From: an uncultured Acidobacteriota bacterium
GTDB taxonomy: Bacteria > Acidobacteriota > Terriglobia > Acidiferrales > UBA7541
DNA: 40,000 nt
Reading direction: 5' to 3'
Assembly: GCA_963786215.1 (NCBI GenBank)
Contig: CAWAYK010000008.1
Span: 166,693-206,692, forward strand
Both the position numbers and the translations under genes were made by a program. The notes below the pieces were generated by a model, which saw only the letters and a list, made by a program, of their open reading frames with translations, was not told the DNA's origin and ran no database searches. Positions 17,607-27,717 of the stretch are shown here, in pieces (position 1 is the first letter of the stretch; each line of letters begins with the position of its first letter).

Positions 17607-20579
17607 CTAGCTCTCCGTTGATTTGTAGCCCTCAAGCCATCGCACAAATTCGTTATACGAGTTGCGCTTCACAGGCAATCCGCGATCTAATTTCCTGACA
17701 AAATTCTTGCGATCAAACCCACTCTCGCGGGCGCATTTATTGATGCCAATGTCCCTGATGTCGCGCTTAACTTCTTCACTCGCGACAGCCTTTTTCGCTC
17801 TCCCGTACTCCGTAGTTCTGAACTCCAAGACGCTGATATCGTCGCCTTCCTCCCATTTGCGATCTGATTCTTTACCCACATAGCGGAACTCACCGGCGAT
17901 AACGTTGGTGCGCTTGAGGATTCCGGCCGTATCGGCCCGGCATTGGCTGCCATCGGGAGCAAGGCTCTTGGCTTCAGGATGCTCTTGGTACTCGATTAAG
18001 AGGCGCGCAAATTGAGAAGGAAAAACAACATTGTGTGGAGGGTTTGCTTCTTTGGTAGGGTCCACCATCCTGTACTTTTTATTTGTATGGATATTCACGC
18101 ATCTGAGGTCAAACCAGCTTTCCTGCTTCTTCAAAAATGGCGTAACCAGCAAGACTTTCTCGTCTTTACGTGTGTAAAAAGCATAGCCAAACGTTGGATC
18201 AATAATTGGCAAGAAAAGAAAATTATACGGACGAGCGATTTTCCATTCTCCGAGCATTTTCAAAACATTGTACGTAGTGATACTGAGCCGCATCATTTGG
18301 GGAAGGTCGAGCCAAGATGGGAATCTACGCTTGAGCTTGAGAGCGCCACGAATAATGTAGTCCCACATTTCGTAAATCCATTGCGGCCACATCTTCGTCC
18401 CAATTCTCCGGGGAATCTTTCGGAGGATATAGAAATCCGATGCCGTGGGCTTTGGGTCAACGATTGTAATATTCTTTGCGCCGATCTTTTCGTAAAGGGC
18501 ATAACGTTTCGCTGCAATGCTGTACCCGGACAGCTGGCGCTGTGGATTCTTCGGCTCAAAATCCACGTAGTTCGCATCCACAAGATTCAGGATCGAACCC
18601 TTAACAATCTTCCGGTTATAAGGATTTAGGGACTTGAACTGATTTGCGACAGCCCGCGCTTGAGCCCACGATAGAATTCTGACACCGCTACTGCCCGGAA
18701 TGCGGAGGGTTCCTCCATTCTTTGAGGCAACAATTGCCAGTGAATCCGTATCGCAGAACAGATAAGTGCCCTTCTTCTGCGTAACACGCGCTTCGGCCAT
18801 TGCAAGAAGCAGCCGACCTGAGGAGGTAATAAGCGAAGCTAAGGGCGGGAAGAACCAAGGTCCCGGATTTTCGATCAAGTCTGAACTCTCGACAACTTTC
18901 TTTTCGCCTGAAAATACATAGTTACTGGCACAGTCTTATTCAGAATTTCTGGATTTAGTTCAACGAAAAATCCATAAATCGAATTCGCAAGAATCTTGAG
19001 CCAATAATAGAGTGCCTCGTCTGATTTGTTCAGTTTGCGTTGCTCAATTATTTTGCGGAACAGATCATCCTTGTACGGATCAACGGTCACCATGCCACGA
19101 AGATTTACCGTCTCCATTCCTGCCTGCTTACCACGCGGCACCATGCGGATAGCCCGAATGATGTGCGGCACTTTACCTGTTCGGATTACAGATGCAATCA
19201 GGTCGGGGCCAGCAAACCACAACGGTGTATCTGACGTCAGATAGTTGTTGCCGATATTTTGAGTGATCCCGTTGTACACAGTGCGGACGGGTAGATATGT
19301 CGCCGTCAGGTTTCACGAGCGCAAAGAATTTGGCCTGCTTCCACATACCTCGTTTGAAACATCGCTGTAGGTTAATGCGCTTCAGGAATTTGCGGACGCT
19401 TTCTGTGTCACGGGTGAACTTCACACTTCGTGCCGTCAGCACATCGAAAAGACCAAGCAGAGCACAACAGCTTGGATATTGACTCGTGAAATCCACTGGT
19501 ACGACCGGAACTGCTGCACATCGCACACGAGTCTCGGAGCGACCTCCGTAATAGCTTTGCATCGCGATACCGAGCACCTTTTCAGGGATGTTGAATTTTA
19601 ATGCTGGCCTCGTGATCCCCATCGTGTCCAAATAAGACTTGGCTATAGATGCAGGAGAGTAGGCGCTGTACGGTTTTAAGTCGATTGGGTGTTTGTCGAA
19701 TTCCCGCTTTAGCGCATTAAGCACGTCTACGGTGCAGCGAGCGTCCTGCCGGGCATATTCGATTTCTTCAGGCGTAATTGTTCCGGTCGGTTCGTGGTCA
19801 AGTTTTTGATGTTCGGTTTTGAGTTCCTCACAAGCCGTCTTGAGCGAAAGCGGCATATTGAAGAGCGCCCATCCCAGCGTGCGAAGATCGAGGAATGGAA
19901 CATTACCATTGTTTTCCCATTCTTCCGGCTTCCACGGCTTTGCCAGTTTGATGAATGCTTTTTTGCTATCTATGGGCGTAATAAGGACCCGAGGACGGTT
20001 GCGGTTTTCGGTTCCGTCTGCATATTCGGACAATATCAGTGACCATTCATCCTTTTCGCTCCTGCTCCATTTCATGGCCAGGCGAGATAGATCGAAAGGC
20101 AGATTCAGGCCACAGATCAAAGCGCCATTGCGCTTAATTGACGGCCAGAACACCCTTTTCATGAATTCGGAGCGGGAATACAGTGGGAATCGCGGCGGAA
20201 AAGACGCTACATCCGAAACAGCGGTACGTACGTAGGCCTGAAGTAGCTTTCGCTCTTTCGGAGGTAAGTTGTCGGCGTAGAAGATACCCTCTTCCGTGAC
20301 CTTGTAAATCCCTTTTATTCGCTCGCAGCAGCGATACACGCCAAAAGTTAGAGATTGATCCACGGTAATGCGCGTTTCAGTGTCGAATACGAGCGCATGC
20401 TTTGGCCACTTGGCACGAAAATAACGCCTCGGCGTTCTCTGCTTTTTCTGCTTTTTGGAAACTAAGTATGCTCGAAGAAAAATGTCATGGCGGAGTCCCG
20501 ACGCAGATTGTTCAGAATTGAATTCACGGTTGAGTTTTCCTCTAACGTTCGTGTCGATACTTGATTTAGTCGAGGCCAT
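17607..20579 (-). pseudogene. polB: Family B DNA polymerase, split into three pieces by two frameshifts
   Basis: Exo I FDTET, Exo II LNLPFDLSRL, Exo III YARQDARCTVD and motif A DFTSQYPS lie in 19173..20579. Motif B KILANSIYG lies in 18875..19279. Motif C LFCDTDS and the KxY motif AAKRYALY lie in 17607..18878. The frame changes near 19291-19303 and somewhere within 18878-18935. Confidence 0.85.
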
Positions 20580-20883
20580 TGTTCTCGTTGAAGATTATTG
20601 CTTCATCAATGTGCCATAACAAGACGTACGCTGCCATCCGCGCACGCCTTGCGCGTTCGGCGAGATTACTGGTGTATTGCATATTCACGCCTGCTCGCGC
20701 AATGGCGATGGTGACTGCCTCGTGATGACGACGGCAGAGCGGGATTGTGAAAAAGGCGGCATGCTTCCGCCCACCAAGATGGTGCTCTTCAATCTCGTTT
20801 ATTGACCCGCAGATTGCGCAGCGCCGGACACGAGGTTGTTTTGTGCCTATGGCGCACGGACGCCTGTGCCGCAATCTACTCAC
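20566..20883 (-). CDS. HNH-like zinc-finger nuclease candidate
   Basis: CAICGS...IEEHHLGGRKH...LCRRHHEAV pattern. The GTG start overlaps the upstream stop (GTGA), and the 3' end overlaps the polB start by 14 nt. Confidence 0.55.
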   Translation of the reverse strand: MSRLRHRRPCAIGTKQPRVRRCAICGSINEIEEHHLGGRKHAAFFTIPLCRRHHEAVTIAIARAGVNMQYTSNLAERARRARMAAYVLLWHIDEAIIFNENNGLD

Positions 20884-21509
20884 GCCGCCCCACCCGAGAG
20901 CGAGCGGTAGAGGGAATAAGGAAGTAATTCGTCTTGAGCTAGCTTTTTAAGAGTTTGCCGGTCGGTTACAAGTTCAACCCCGGCGATCTTCTTTCCGCGC
21001 CATGGATCAAGCGCCTTAAGGTCCCCGCCTAAAAATCTGTTGACGGCAGCTTTGTATCTGGCAACCTCAGTCGCTTCTTTTGACCCATGCGCCTTTATTT
21101 CGACTGAACCGTTCGGACTCGGAATTTGTAAGTACCGGACAAATCGGTCACTCTTGGTCGGACGGATTCGTCCGCCTGGGCGCTTTTGGATGAGCGCTGT
21201 CCCAACATATTTCTTAATCGTCCGTATAGTAACGCTGTTGGCTCGCGCGGCCTCCGAAACGGAAGCTCCGTGCCGCATATCGTTCAGAGCATGGAGGGAT
21301 CGCTCACGAGCAGAAGAGCTGCGCTCAATGGTTTGTGAGCCACGAACAATGTGAGCTTTGTTCGATTTGGAGTGTCGCTTGCGCATAGGTATTGAAAGGC
21401 GTTTGCGAGAAACGCTTAAGCGTGAGCCCTTACGCAGTGTAGCTTTTCGTTTGCGCTGGCGCGATTTGGGTCTATTATTCTTCTTCATCTGCTTGCCTAC
21501 GCCGCTCAC
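20880..21509 (-). CDS. Basic HTH DNA-binding protein
   Basis: Lys/Arg-rich N-terminus, then an HTH-like segment GASVSEAARANSVTIRTIKKYVG. First gene of the minus-strand operon HTH-HNH-polB. Confidence 0.55.
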   Translation of the reverse strand: MSGVGKQMKKNNRPKSRQRKRKATLRKGSRLSVSRKRLSIPMRKRHSKSNKAHIVRGSQTIERSSSARERSLHALNDMRHGASVSEAARANSVTIRTIKKYVGTALIQKRPGGRIRPTKSDRFVRYLQIPSPNGSVEIKAHGSKEATEVARYKAAVNRFLGGDLKALDPWRGKKIAGVELVTDRQTLKKLAQDELLPYSLYRSLSGGAA

Positions 21510-21572
21510 ATTACTTCAATTCATTTGCACGGCTAACGTCAGTGAGCGTGAGTCGCAACGCCAGTTCCCCGG

Positions 21573-21617
21573 TTCATGGGTAATGGGCACAAAGCACTGA
21601 GCAATTCATGGGTAATG
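21573..21617. promoter_or_regulatory. Pair of 13-bp direct repeats in the divergent intergenic region (candidate operator)
   Basis: ttcatgggtaatg occurs at 21573-21585 and 21605-21617, spaced 32 bp start to start, between the divergently transcribed 20880..21509 and 21637..22950. Confidence 0.3.
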
Positions 21618-21636
21618 AGGCGGATTCAGGGGTGAA

Positions 21637-22950
21637 TTGGTGCGAACAAAAAATCATCCGGCTAAAGCACGGAGGCCGAGGAACTCTACTCGCCAAGCCG
21701 ATACGAGTGGAACTCTCGACAATCCGTTTTCAATATTCAACGAAGGTCCGGGTAATCCTAGCCTTCGAAAAGACTATCTTCTTCAGCGGCGAGACGACTT
21801 CATTTGCTTACTTGAGCCCGTCTGGTATGAATTTGGTTGGGAGTTAAAATGCGCACGAACATCCGAACAAGTTCGCCAAGCGTTTCAAAAGCTGGCTGAA
21901 AACGTGAATTCTAGCCGTCTTATGCCCATGTTAAGAGCCACGGCTGAGCCCGCGACCAAGGCGACGATTGAGAGTACGCGTCGGATGTACGCCCTTTGCG
22001 TTGAGAAGTCGAGATCGTTATCGACACGGCACCAAGCACAACTCCAGATTTTTGAGGAATGCCAGAGATCGAACCATGTTTTGAGCAATGCGTTTAAGGA
22101 AGCACTCGAAAGAGACTTAATGGGGCGTAAAGAGAATATTCGAGCAATTAAAATTGCCATCTCTACCCAGAGAGGCAATATTCGGAAAGCACAGTTGCAA
22201 AGGAACGCGAAACCATCAGAGTCTGAACCGAAGGTTCCTGCGCTAGAAAGTGCGTTGAACAGCCTTCAGCGCGATCTTGCCGCAGACGAGGATGTCTGTC
22301 GTAATCTTGAGAAGCGAATACGGTCAATCACCAAAGAATCCCGCAGGGTCATAGCAGAAGAAACGGTACGTCAAAAGGGAAAGCTAGATTCTCTGGAGCA
22401 AGAGTTGAGGAAGGCAGATTTGGAGTGCCGCAAATTCGAAACAACGCTCCTGGATCAAGAAGCCTTTTTCTTTAGAAGTCAGCTTTTGGACTTCATAAAG
22501 AAGGTAGATTACGAGTTCACTCCGAGAAATGTGGCGAATGCCCTCGCAGGCTTGCCCTATATCACGAGCCGCCGATCCGCAGAGCTTTGTTCCACGATGA
22601 AAAGTAAAATTGCACTCTCTGGAAGTTACGAGTTGCTGATGTTCATTTCATCGGTTTGGAAACGATATGACACGAGTGCAAATCTTACGGTGACCGAGTG
22701 GTTCAAACTCAAGATCATAGAACTGCCGAGGTACAGGATAATTAATAAGAAAAAGATGGACAATTATTTCCGAACCAATCTGGCGGGAAAGTGGTTTTTT
22801 CTACGGCGGGCATTGGTGATCTTTCAAAGATCGAAGCTACCCCCAGGTTTCGTGCCCTACGCAATTACGCGGGAGTTTCTAAGGCAGTCAGTTAACCCGG
22901 AATCACCAGCCGATTCAATCTTGGCGGCAACCAACAAGATCACGGACTAA
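21637..22950 (+). CDS. Hypothetical protein, basic N-terminus and long charged helical region
   Basis: 437-aa ORF with a TTG/GTG start. The central segment is rich in E/K/R/L/Q heptad-like sequence. No family recognised. Confidence 0.5.
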   Translation: MVRTKNHPAKARRPRNSTRQADTSGTLDNPFSIFNEGPGNPSLRKDYLLQRRDDFICLLEPVWYEFGWELKCARTSEQVRQAFQKLAENVNSSRLMPMLRATAEPATKATIESTRRMYALCVEKSRSLSTRHQAQLQIFEECQRSNHVLSNAFKEALERDLMGRKENIRAIKIAISTQRGNIRKAQLQRNAKPSESEPKVPALESALNSLQRDLAADEDVCRNLEKRIRSITKESRRVIAEETVRQKGKLDSLEQELRKADLECRKFETTLLDQEAFFFRSQLLDFIKKVDYEFTPRNVANALAGLPYITSRRSAELCSTMKSKIALSGSYELLMFISSVWKRYDTSANLTVTEWFKLKIIELPRYRIINKKKMDNYFRTNLAGKWFFLRRALVIFQRSKLPPGFVPYAITREFLRQSVNPESPADSILAATNKITD

Positions 22951-23108
22951 TCTCCAAGCGTGCGAGCATATCATCAACTAGGCGAAAGACAGGCTATTTC
23001 ATTCTGTTGTCTTTGGCAGGTAAATGTTAGAATAGCAATGACTTAAGCGGGCTGCCCGCCTGTTTCAGCAGACGAAGCAGCCCTAACCACCATGGAGGTG
23101 AAGCTCCA

Positions 23109-24632
23109 ATGGCAGATTCGCTCACCCTACCGTATTTCCATTATGTCCGCAATTCTGGCGTTCTCGTTTTAAGTGGATATGGTGTTCGCGTGCAAGTCAA
23201 CGCTGGTCACTTGGTCGCTCATGACGGGATAGCGGACGAGCGGAGGAACATTCGCCTGCCTCGCGTGGCCAACGGGCTGCGAAGACTAGTGATAATTGGG
23301 AGCGATGGGTTCATCACTCTTGAGGCTCTCCGTTGGATTTCTGATGTGGGGGCTGCCTTCGTTATGCTCGAAAAAGACGGCTCTGTGGTCGTCACGACTG
23401 GCCCGGTATATCCGTCCGATGCACGGCTAAGGCGTTCTCAATCTCTTTCAAGTACAAATGGAATGGCGTTGGAGATTTCCAAGAATTTGATTCGGCAAAA
23501 AATGATTGCTCAAGAACAAATTGCTAAAGAAAAACTGAATGCTTGCTCAGTGGCACATTTAATTGCTGATATTCGTGCAGCCGTTAATTCTGCAAGAAAC
23601 ATTGATGAGCTTCGCCGTTTTGAATCACAGGCTGCATATTCCTACTGGTCTGCATGGCGCAACGTATCGATAATCTTCCCGAAAAAGGATATTCCGCGCG
23701 TGCCAGACCACTGGCAGCGCTTTGGAGCGAGAGTCTCCCCGTTAACGGGATCACCTCGTCTTGCCGCGAATCCCATGAACGCAATGCTCAACTATTTGTA
23801 CGCAGTTCTTGAATCAGAAGCTCGCCTCGCCGCTGCCGCACTCGGTCTTGATCCGGGCATCGGGGTGATGCATGTTGACACACCTTCTCGCGACAGTTTG
23901 GCCTGTGATTTGATGGAGCCACTTCGTCCTCAAGTTGACGCATATGTCCTAGACTGGATTAGTCGCGAACCAATCCGCCGCGAATGGTTCATTGAGCAAA
24001 GAGATGGAAATTGTCGGTTAATCGCTTCCTTTGCCGCTCGGCTCACGGAGACTGCACCTTCGTGGGCTCGCGCCCTAGCGCCAATCGCCGAAATGGTTGC
24101 GCGTACTTTTTTGTCTACCGTCAAGAAGCAAATTCGTTCGGGTCTACCGCCAACACGGCTAACACAAAACCAGCGACGTGAAGCGACAGGATTCTCGCCG
24201 GAGATTCCAGCGAAAGCGTCAGTCAAGCCGACCCGTATTTGTCGTAATTGTGGCGTAGTCCTCTATCGTGGCAAAACCCACTGTGCCGCTTGTGCCGTTC
24301 CGGTTTCTAAGGAGAGATTTGCTGAGGTGGCACGACAAGGGCGTGCAGCTTCGCATAGTCATGATGCAGAGATCAGCCGTGCGGAGACGCAACGTAGACA
24401 TAAAGCAGCTGTTCGTGCCTGGCTACCCTCTGAACAGCCTGAATGGCTGAATGAGGACGCTTACCGGACAAAGATTCAACCCGTCCTTTCAGAAATGACG
24501 GTTCCAGCGATATCTTCCGCGCTTGGCATCTCGCAACCTTATGCCACCGACATTCGCGCTGGGCGGCGCCGACCGCATCCAAGACATTGGCGGTCGCTGG
24601 CGCAATTAGTTGGAGTTTCGCCGGATGAGTGA
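23109..24632 (+). CDS. cas1: Cas1-like integrase (casposase) with C-terminal zinc ribbon and HTH
   Basis: RBS GGAGGTG. Cas1 blocks are present: LVIIGSDGFITLEALRWISDVGAAFVMLEKDG, ESQAAYSYW and NAMLNYLYAVLESEARLAAAALGLDPGIGVMHVDTPSRDSLACDLMEPLRPQVD (an E...H...D/E triad pattern). The C-terminus has CRNCG...CAAC and an HTH-like segment ISSALGISQPYATDIRAG. Confidence 0.85.
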   Translation: MADSLTLPYFHYVRNSGVLVLSGYGVRVQVNAGHLVAHDGIADERRNIRLPRVANGLRRLVIIGSDGFITLEALRWISDVGAAFVMLEKDGSVVVTTGPVYPSDARLRRSQSLSSTNGMALEISKNLIRQKMIAQEQIAKEKLNACSVAHLIADIRAAVNSARNIDELRRFESQAAYSYWSAWRNVSIIFPKKDIPRVPDHWQRFGARVSPLTGSPRLAANPMNAMLNYLYAVLESEARLAAAALGLDPGIGVMHVDTPSRDSLACDLMEPLRPQVDAYVLDWISREPIRREWFIEQRDGNCRLIASFAARLTETAPSWARALAPIAEMVARTFLSTVKKQIRSGLPPTRLTQNQRREATGFSPEIPAKASVKPTRICRNCGVVLYRGKTHCAACAVPVSKERFAEVARQGRAASHSHDAEISRAETQRRHKAAVRAWLPSEQPEWLNEDAYRTKIQPVLSEMTVPAISSALGISQPYATDIRAGRRRPHPRHWRSLAQLVGVSPDE

Positions 24633-24779
24633 ATCAGTTGAGCGGAGTTGCCGCTGTGTGCTAGGCGTTGCTGGATCAGGTGCGCTCGACTAATTTCCGA
24701 AAGGACCATCTAATGTGGGGAATCGGGCGAAGTCTTGCCCCCGTTCCGCAAAAGCTGGATATCGGAGTCCGATTGTTGT

Positions 24780-25712
24780 ATGCTTGCGGCGATGAATATC
24801 CGCGCCTACAGGTCGGTAACTCCCGCAATTCGTTCCATCAAGAGCGGCACGCCGACAGTGTTGTTCACTGGCGACTGCGTAGAACTTATCAGACGTGTGC
24901 CCGACGGTTCGATTGATCTCACAATTACGTCTCCGCCCTACTGCATGGGCAAGGAGTATGAGACATCAAATTCTATTGAGGATTTCATCGCTGCTCACAA
25001 GGTTATATTGCCGGAGATAGTCAGAATCACTCGCGATGGAGGCAGCATTTGCTGGCAGGTTGGCTACCACGTCGCAAAACAATGTGTATATCCGCTGGAC
25101 TATCCCGTGTTTGCGATTCTCGCTGGGATTAAAGATATTGTCCTGCGGAATCGAATTGTCTGGGCATTCGGACACGGCTTTCATGGAACGTCTCGCTTCA
25201 GCGGGAGACACGAAACAATACTTTGGTTTACTAAGGGTCTAGATTACCACTTTGATCTTGATGCAGTCCGTGTGGCGCAAAAATATCCGGGAAAGCGGCA
25301 CTATAAGGGGCCTCACAAGGGAGAATTTAGCGGTAATCCCAAGGGTAAGAATCCGGGGGACGTGTGGGATATCCCAAACGTAAAGGGCAATCACATCGAA
25401 AAGCTCGACCATCCATGCCAATTTCCTGTTGGGATCGCGGAACGTTTAGTGCGTGCATTGTGCCCCAAAGACGGCATTGTTTTTGATCCCTATATGGGAT
25501 CTTCCTCAACAGGAGTCGCGGCGATTATTAACCGTCGCCGTTTTCTTGGAGCCGAACTCAACGAGAAGTACGAAGCCCTTGCATACGCAAGACTGCTGAA
25601 GGCGCATAACGGAACTGTGAGATTCAGACCTGCCGAGCGGCCCCTGTATCTTCCCAGTTCGGGAGACACGGTGGCGCGCCGCCCGGATCACTTTGTGGAG
25701 GTTTTTCAGTGA
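24780..25712 (+). CDS. Beta-class DNA methyltransferase (N4-C/N6-A family, SPPY motif IV)
   Basis: Motif IV, DLTITSPPY, precedes motif I, FDPYMGSSSTGVAA (beta-class order). Start placed at ATG 24780; the track TTG at 24735 is also possible. Confidence 0.85.
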   Translation: MLAAMNIRAYRSVTPAIRSIKSGTPTVLFTGDCVELIRRVPDGSIDLTITSPPYCMGKEYETSNSIEDFIAAHKVILPEIVRITRDGGSICWQVGYHVAKQCVYPLDYPVFAILAGIKDIVLRNRIVWAFGHGFHGTSRFSGRHETILWFTKGLDYHFDLDAVRVAQKYPGKRHYKGPHKGEFSGNPKGKNPGDVWDIPNVKGNHIEKLDHPCQFPVGIAERLVRALCPKDGIVFDPYMGSSSTGVAAIINRRRFLGAELNEKYEALAYARLLKAHNGTVRFRPAERPLYLPSSGDTVARRPDHFVEVFQ

Positions 25713-26791
25713 GCGCAAAGAGGAAGGCGCAAACTCAGAAAAGCGTCAAGAAGCATACAGGCCGCGTCGGGCATCCGCTCACATTCGCTGCTCTGGAAGT
25801 AGTCCAAATGAATACAAAGCTGTACGTATTTAAGGCAAAAGCATCCACTCTGTTTGGCTCGCTATCAATCAACCGCCGAATTGAAGATAAAGATGTGGGT
25901 TATCAACGCACCCTATCGCCATCGCGTGTTCAGGCAATCACTCGCTACATCACACAGAAAAGACCCATTCCAGGCGCAGTAATTGTCTGCTTAGATAAGG
26001 CGACGTTCGATAGCAGGAAAAGCGAAATTACGATTCCCGCCGGAACTGACGTAGGGTGGGTCATCGATGGACAACATCGCTTGGCTGGAGCTGAAGAGGC
26101 CGCTCGCCTTGGGACTGATGTTGAGCTTCCCGTCGTTGCATTTCTCGATCTCTCCAAGGAGAAACAGATTGAGCAATTTGTGACCATTAATAGGGAAGCA
26201 AAGAACGTGCCCACCTCTCTTTACCTGGATCTGCTGCGTGAGCTACCGGCAAGTAAGAATCCTGCGGAAGTAGCAAAAGAACGCGCGGCAGACATAGCCA
26301 CACAGCTTCGCCGAGATGAGCACTCTCCGTTTTACGAAAAAATCGTCGTGGCAACCAGTCCAAAGGCCGGACAACTTTCCCTTACTAATTTCGTGAGAAA
26401 GATTTCACCATTAGTCACGCCGGAAAAAGGAATGCTGAGTGAATACACAGAATGGGAGCAACAATCGATAATTTCAAACTACTATAAGGGGCTGCACCAA
26501 GTGTTCCAGGGCGAGTTTGAAGCGAAGGAGAGCATATTCTTCAAGACTATCGGCTTTGGCGCTTTGTGGAATGTATTCCCAGTGTTTTTCAATCTAGCGT
26601 TGAAGAATCAGCAGGGGTTCGAAGTTAAAGATGTGATAGCTATTTTCAAGCGTATAGAAAATGTTGACTTTTCGGGGTGGAGGCAGATGGGTTCCGGAAA
26701 CCAAGCCGAGCAGATCGTTGGAGATGATCTGAAAACGTCGCTGCGGATCGCCTTCAAGGAAGACAGCAAACCTGGAACACTTAGAGTGTGA
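25709..26791 (+). CDS. DGQHR domain protein (DndB-like, ParB/Srx superfamily)
   Basis: VIDGQHRLAG plus the upstream GYQRTLSPSRVQAITRYI block. The GTG start overlaps the methyltransferase stop (GTGA). Confidence 0.8.
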   Translation: MSAKRKAQTQKSVKKHTGRVGHPLTFAALEVVQMNTKLYVFKAKASTLFGSLSINRRIEDKDVGYQRTLSPSRVQAITRYITQKRPIPGAVIVCLDKATFDSRKSEITIPAGTDVGWVIDGQHRLAGAEEAARLGTDVELPVVAFLDLSKEKQIEQFVTINREAKNVPTSLYLDLLRELPASKNPAEVAKERAADIATQLRRDEHSPFYEKIVVATSPKAGQLSLTNFVRKISPLVTPEKGMLSEYTEWEQQSIISNYYKGLHQVFQGEFEAKESIFFKTIGFGALWNVFPVFFNLALKNQQGFEVKDVIAIFKRIENVDFSGWRQMGSGNQAEQIVGDDLKTSLRIAFKEDSKPGTLRV

Positions 26792-26799
26792 ATATCTAG

Positions 26800-27717
26800 A
26801 TGTCGCTAAGACCTAAATTGCAGAATTTCCGTGAACGCAACTGGAAAGAAGTGCGGGACTCCTGGCTTGGACACATTCCAAATTTCCAAAGCGCTGGCGC
26901 TCGACCTGATCCAGGTCTTGAGCGGCTTCAGCCGTTGTTGGACCTCGTTTTGCCACGAGATAATGGTCGGTTTTCTGATATCGATGGCCTAAGGGAGATG
27001 ATGCTATGGGAAGCGGTATTTCTATTTCACAAGTGTTCCCATACAAACTTAGCGGCACAGCGTCTTGGAAGCCAAGGAATGCAAAGCTGGTGTCTGTTTA
27101 ATGCTTATCATTCGGCGTACTTAGGCGCACGGGGGATAATGGCTTTGCTTGGAGTAGCATTGCCAGAACTTAAAGGCCACCAAGTTGCGATTGATATTTA
27201 TCCCGAGCCCATGAAAAAGAGGAAGACCATCCGACCTCTCGGTTCGTCGCAATTCCAAGAATTTGTAATTGTTCCATTGGCACCTTTGGATCAACGTGAT
27301 CTTTGGGAGGCATTTCAGCGAGTAATAAATATGTCCAATGCCACCTGTTGGGACGTGGGTATCCGCCAAGAACTTCTTGATCTCGCCCATCAGAAGATCA
27401 CGCCCCCCAGGAATCGGTTCCTCTATAGGTCGAATCATTGGCCATTGACCGACCTTATTTCAGATGTGCAACCTTCAGATTTGACAGGCTTCGTCGGAAC
27501 GGAGCTTAACGCGGAGGATACAGGATTCCTGTTGAGATTGAGCTTTTCCGTGTACCGGTTGTTTCAGCAATTGATGAGCGACCTCGCGAGCTACTCCGCA
27601 GTCATAAAAACGCAGCTAGACGCCTCTAGGTGTCAGGTTGAATCTGAAGCACTCGACCTCGTTTCCTATAGAAATTTCGTATCCCAGATGAATGCCCGAA
27701 CTGAAGGTCTAAGGTGA
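26800..27717 (+). CDS. Hypothetical protein (305 aa), third gene of the cargo operon
   Basis: The ATG lies 8 nt after the DGQHR stop. No family recognised by eye. Confidence 0.55.
   Translation: MSLRPKLQNFRERNWKEVRDSWLGHIPNFQSAGARPDPGLERLQPLLDLVLPRDNGRFSDIDGLREMMLWEAVFLFHKCSHTNLAAQRLGSQGMQSWCLFNAYHSAYLGARGIMALLGVALPELKGHQVAIDIYPEPMKKRKTIRPLGSSQFQEFVIVPLAPLDQRDLWEAFQRVINMSNATCWDVGIRQELLDLAHQKITPPRNRFLYRSNHWPLTDLISDVQPSDLTGFVGTELNAEDTGFLLRLSFSVYRLFQQLMSDLASYSAVIKTQLDASRCQVESEALDLVSYRNFVSQMNARTEGLR

Noticed and set aside
18878-19303. Programmed ribosomal frameshifting as the explanation for the split polB (and for the split IS30 transposase)
   Set aside because: I saw no canonical slippery heptamer (A AAA AAG type) with a downstream structure at any junction. 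Two opposite shifts per gene, and similar lesions in unrelated housekeeping genes, fit mutation or sequencing error better.
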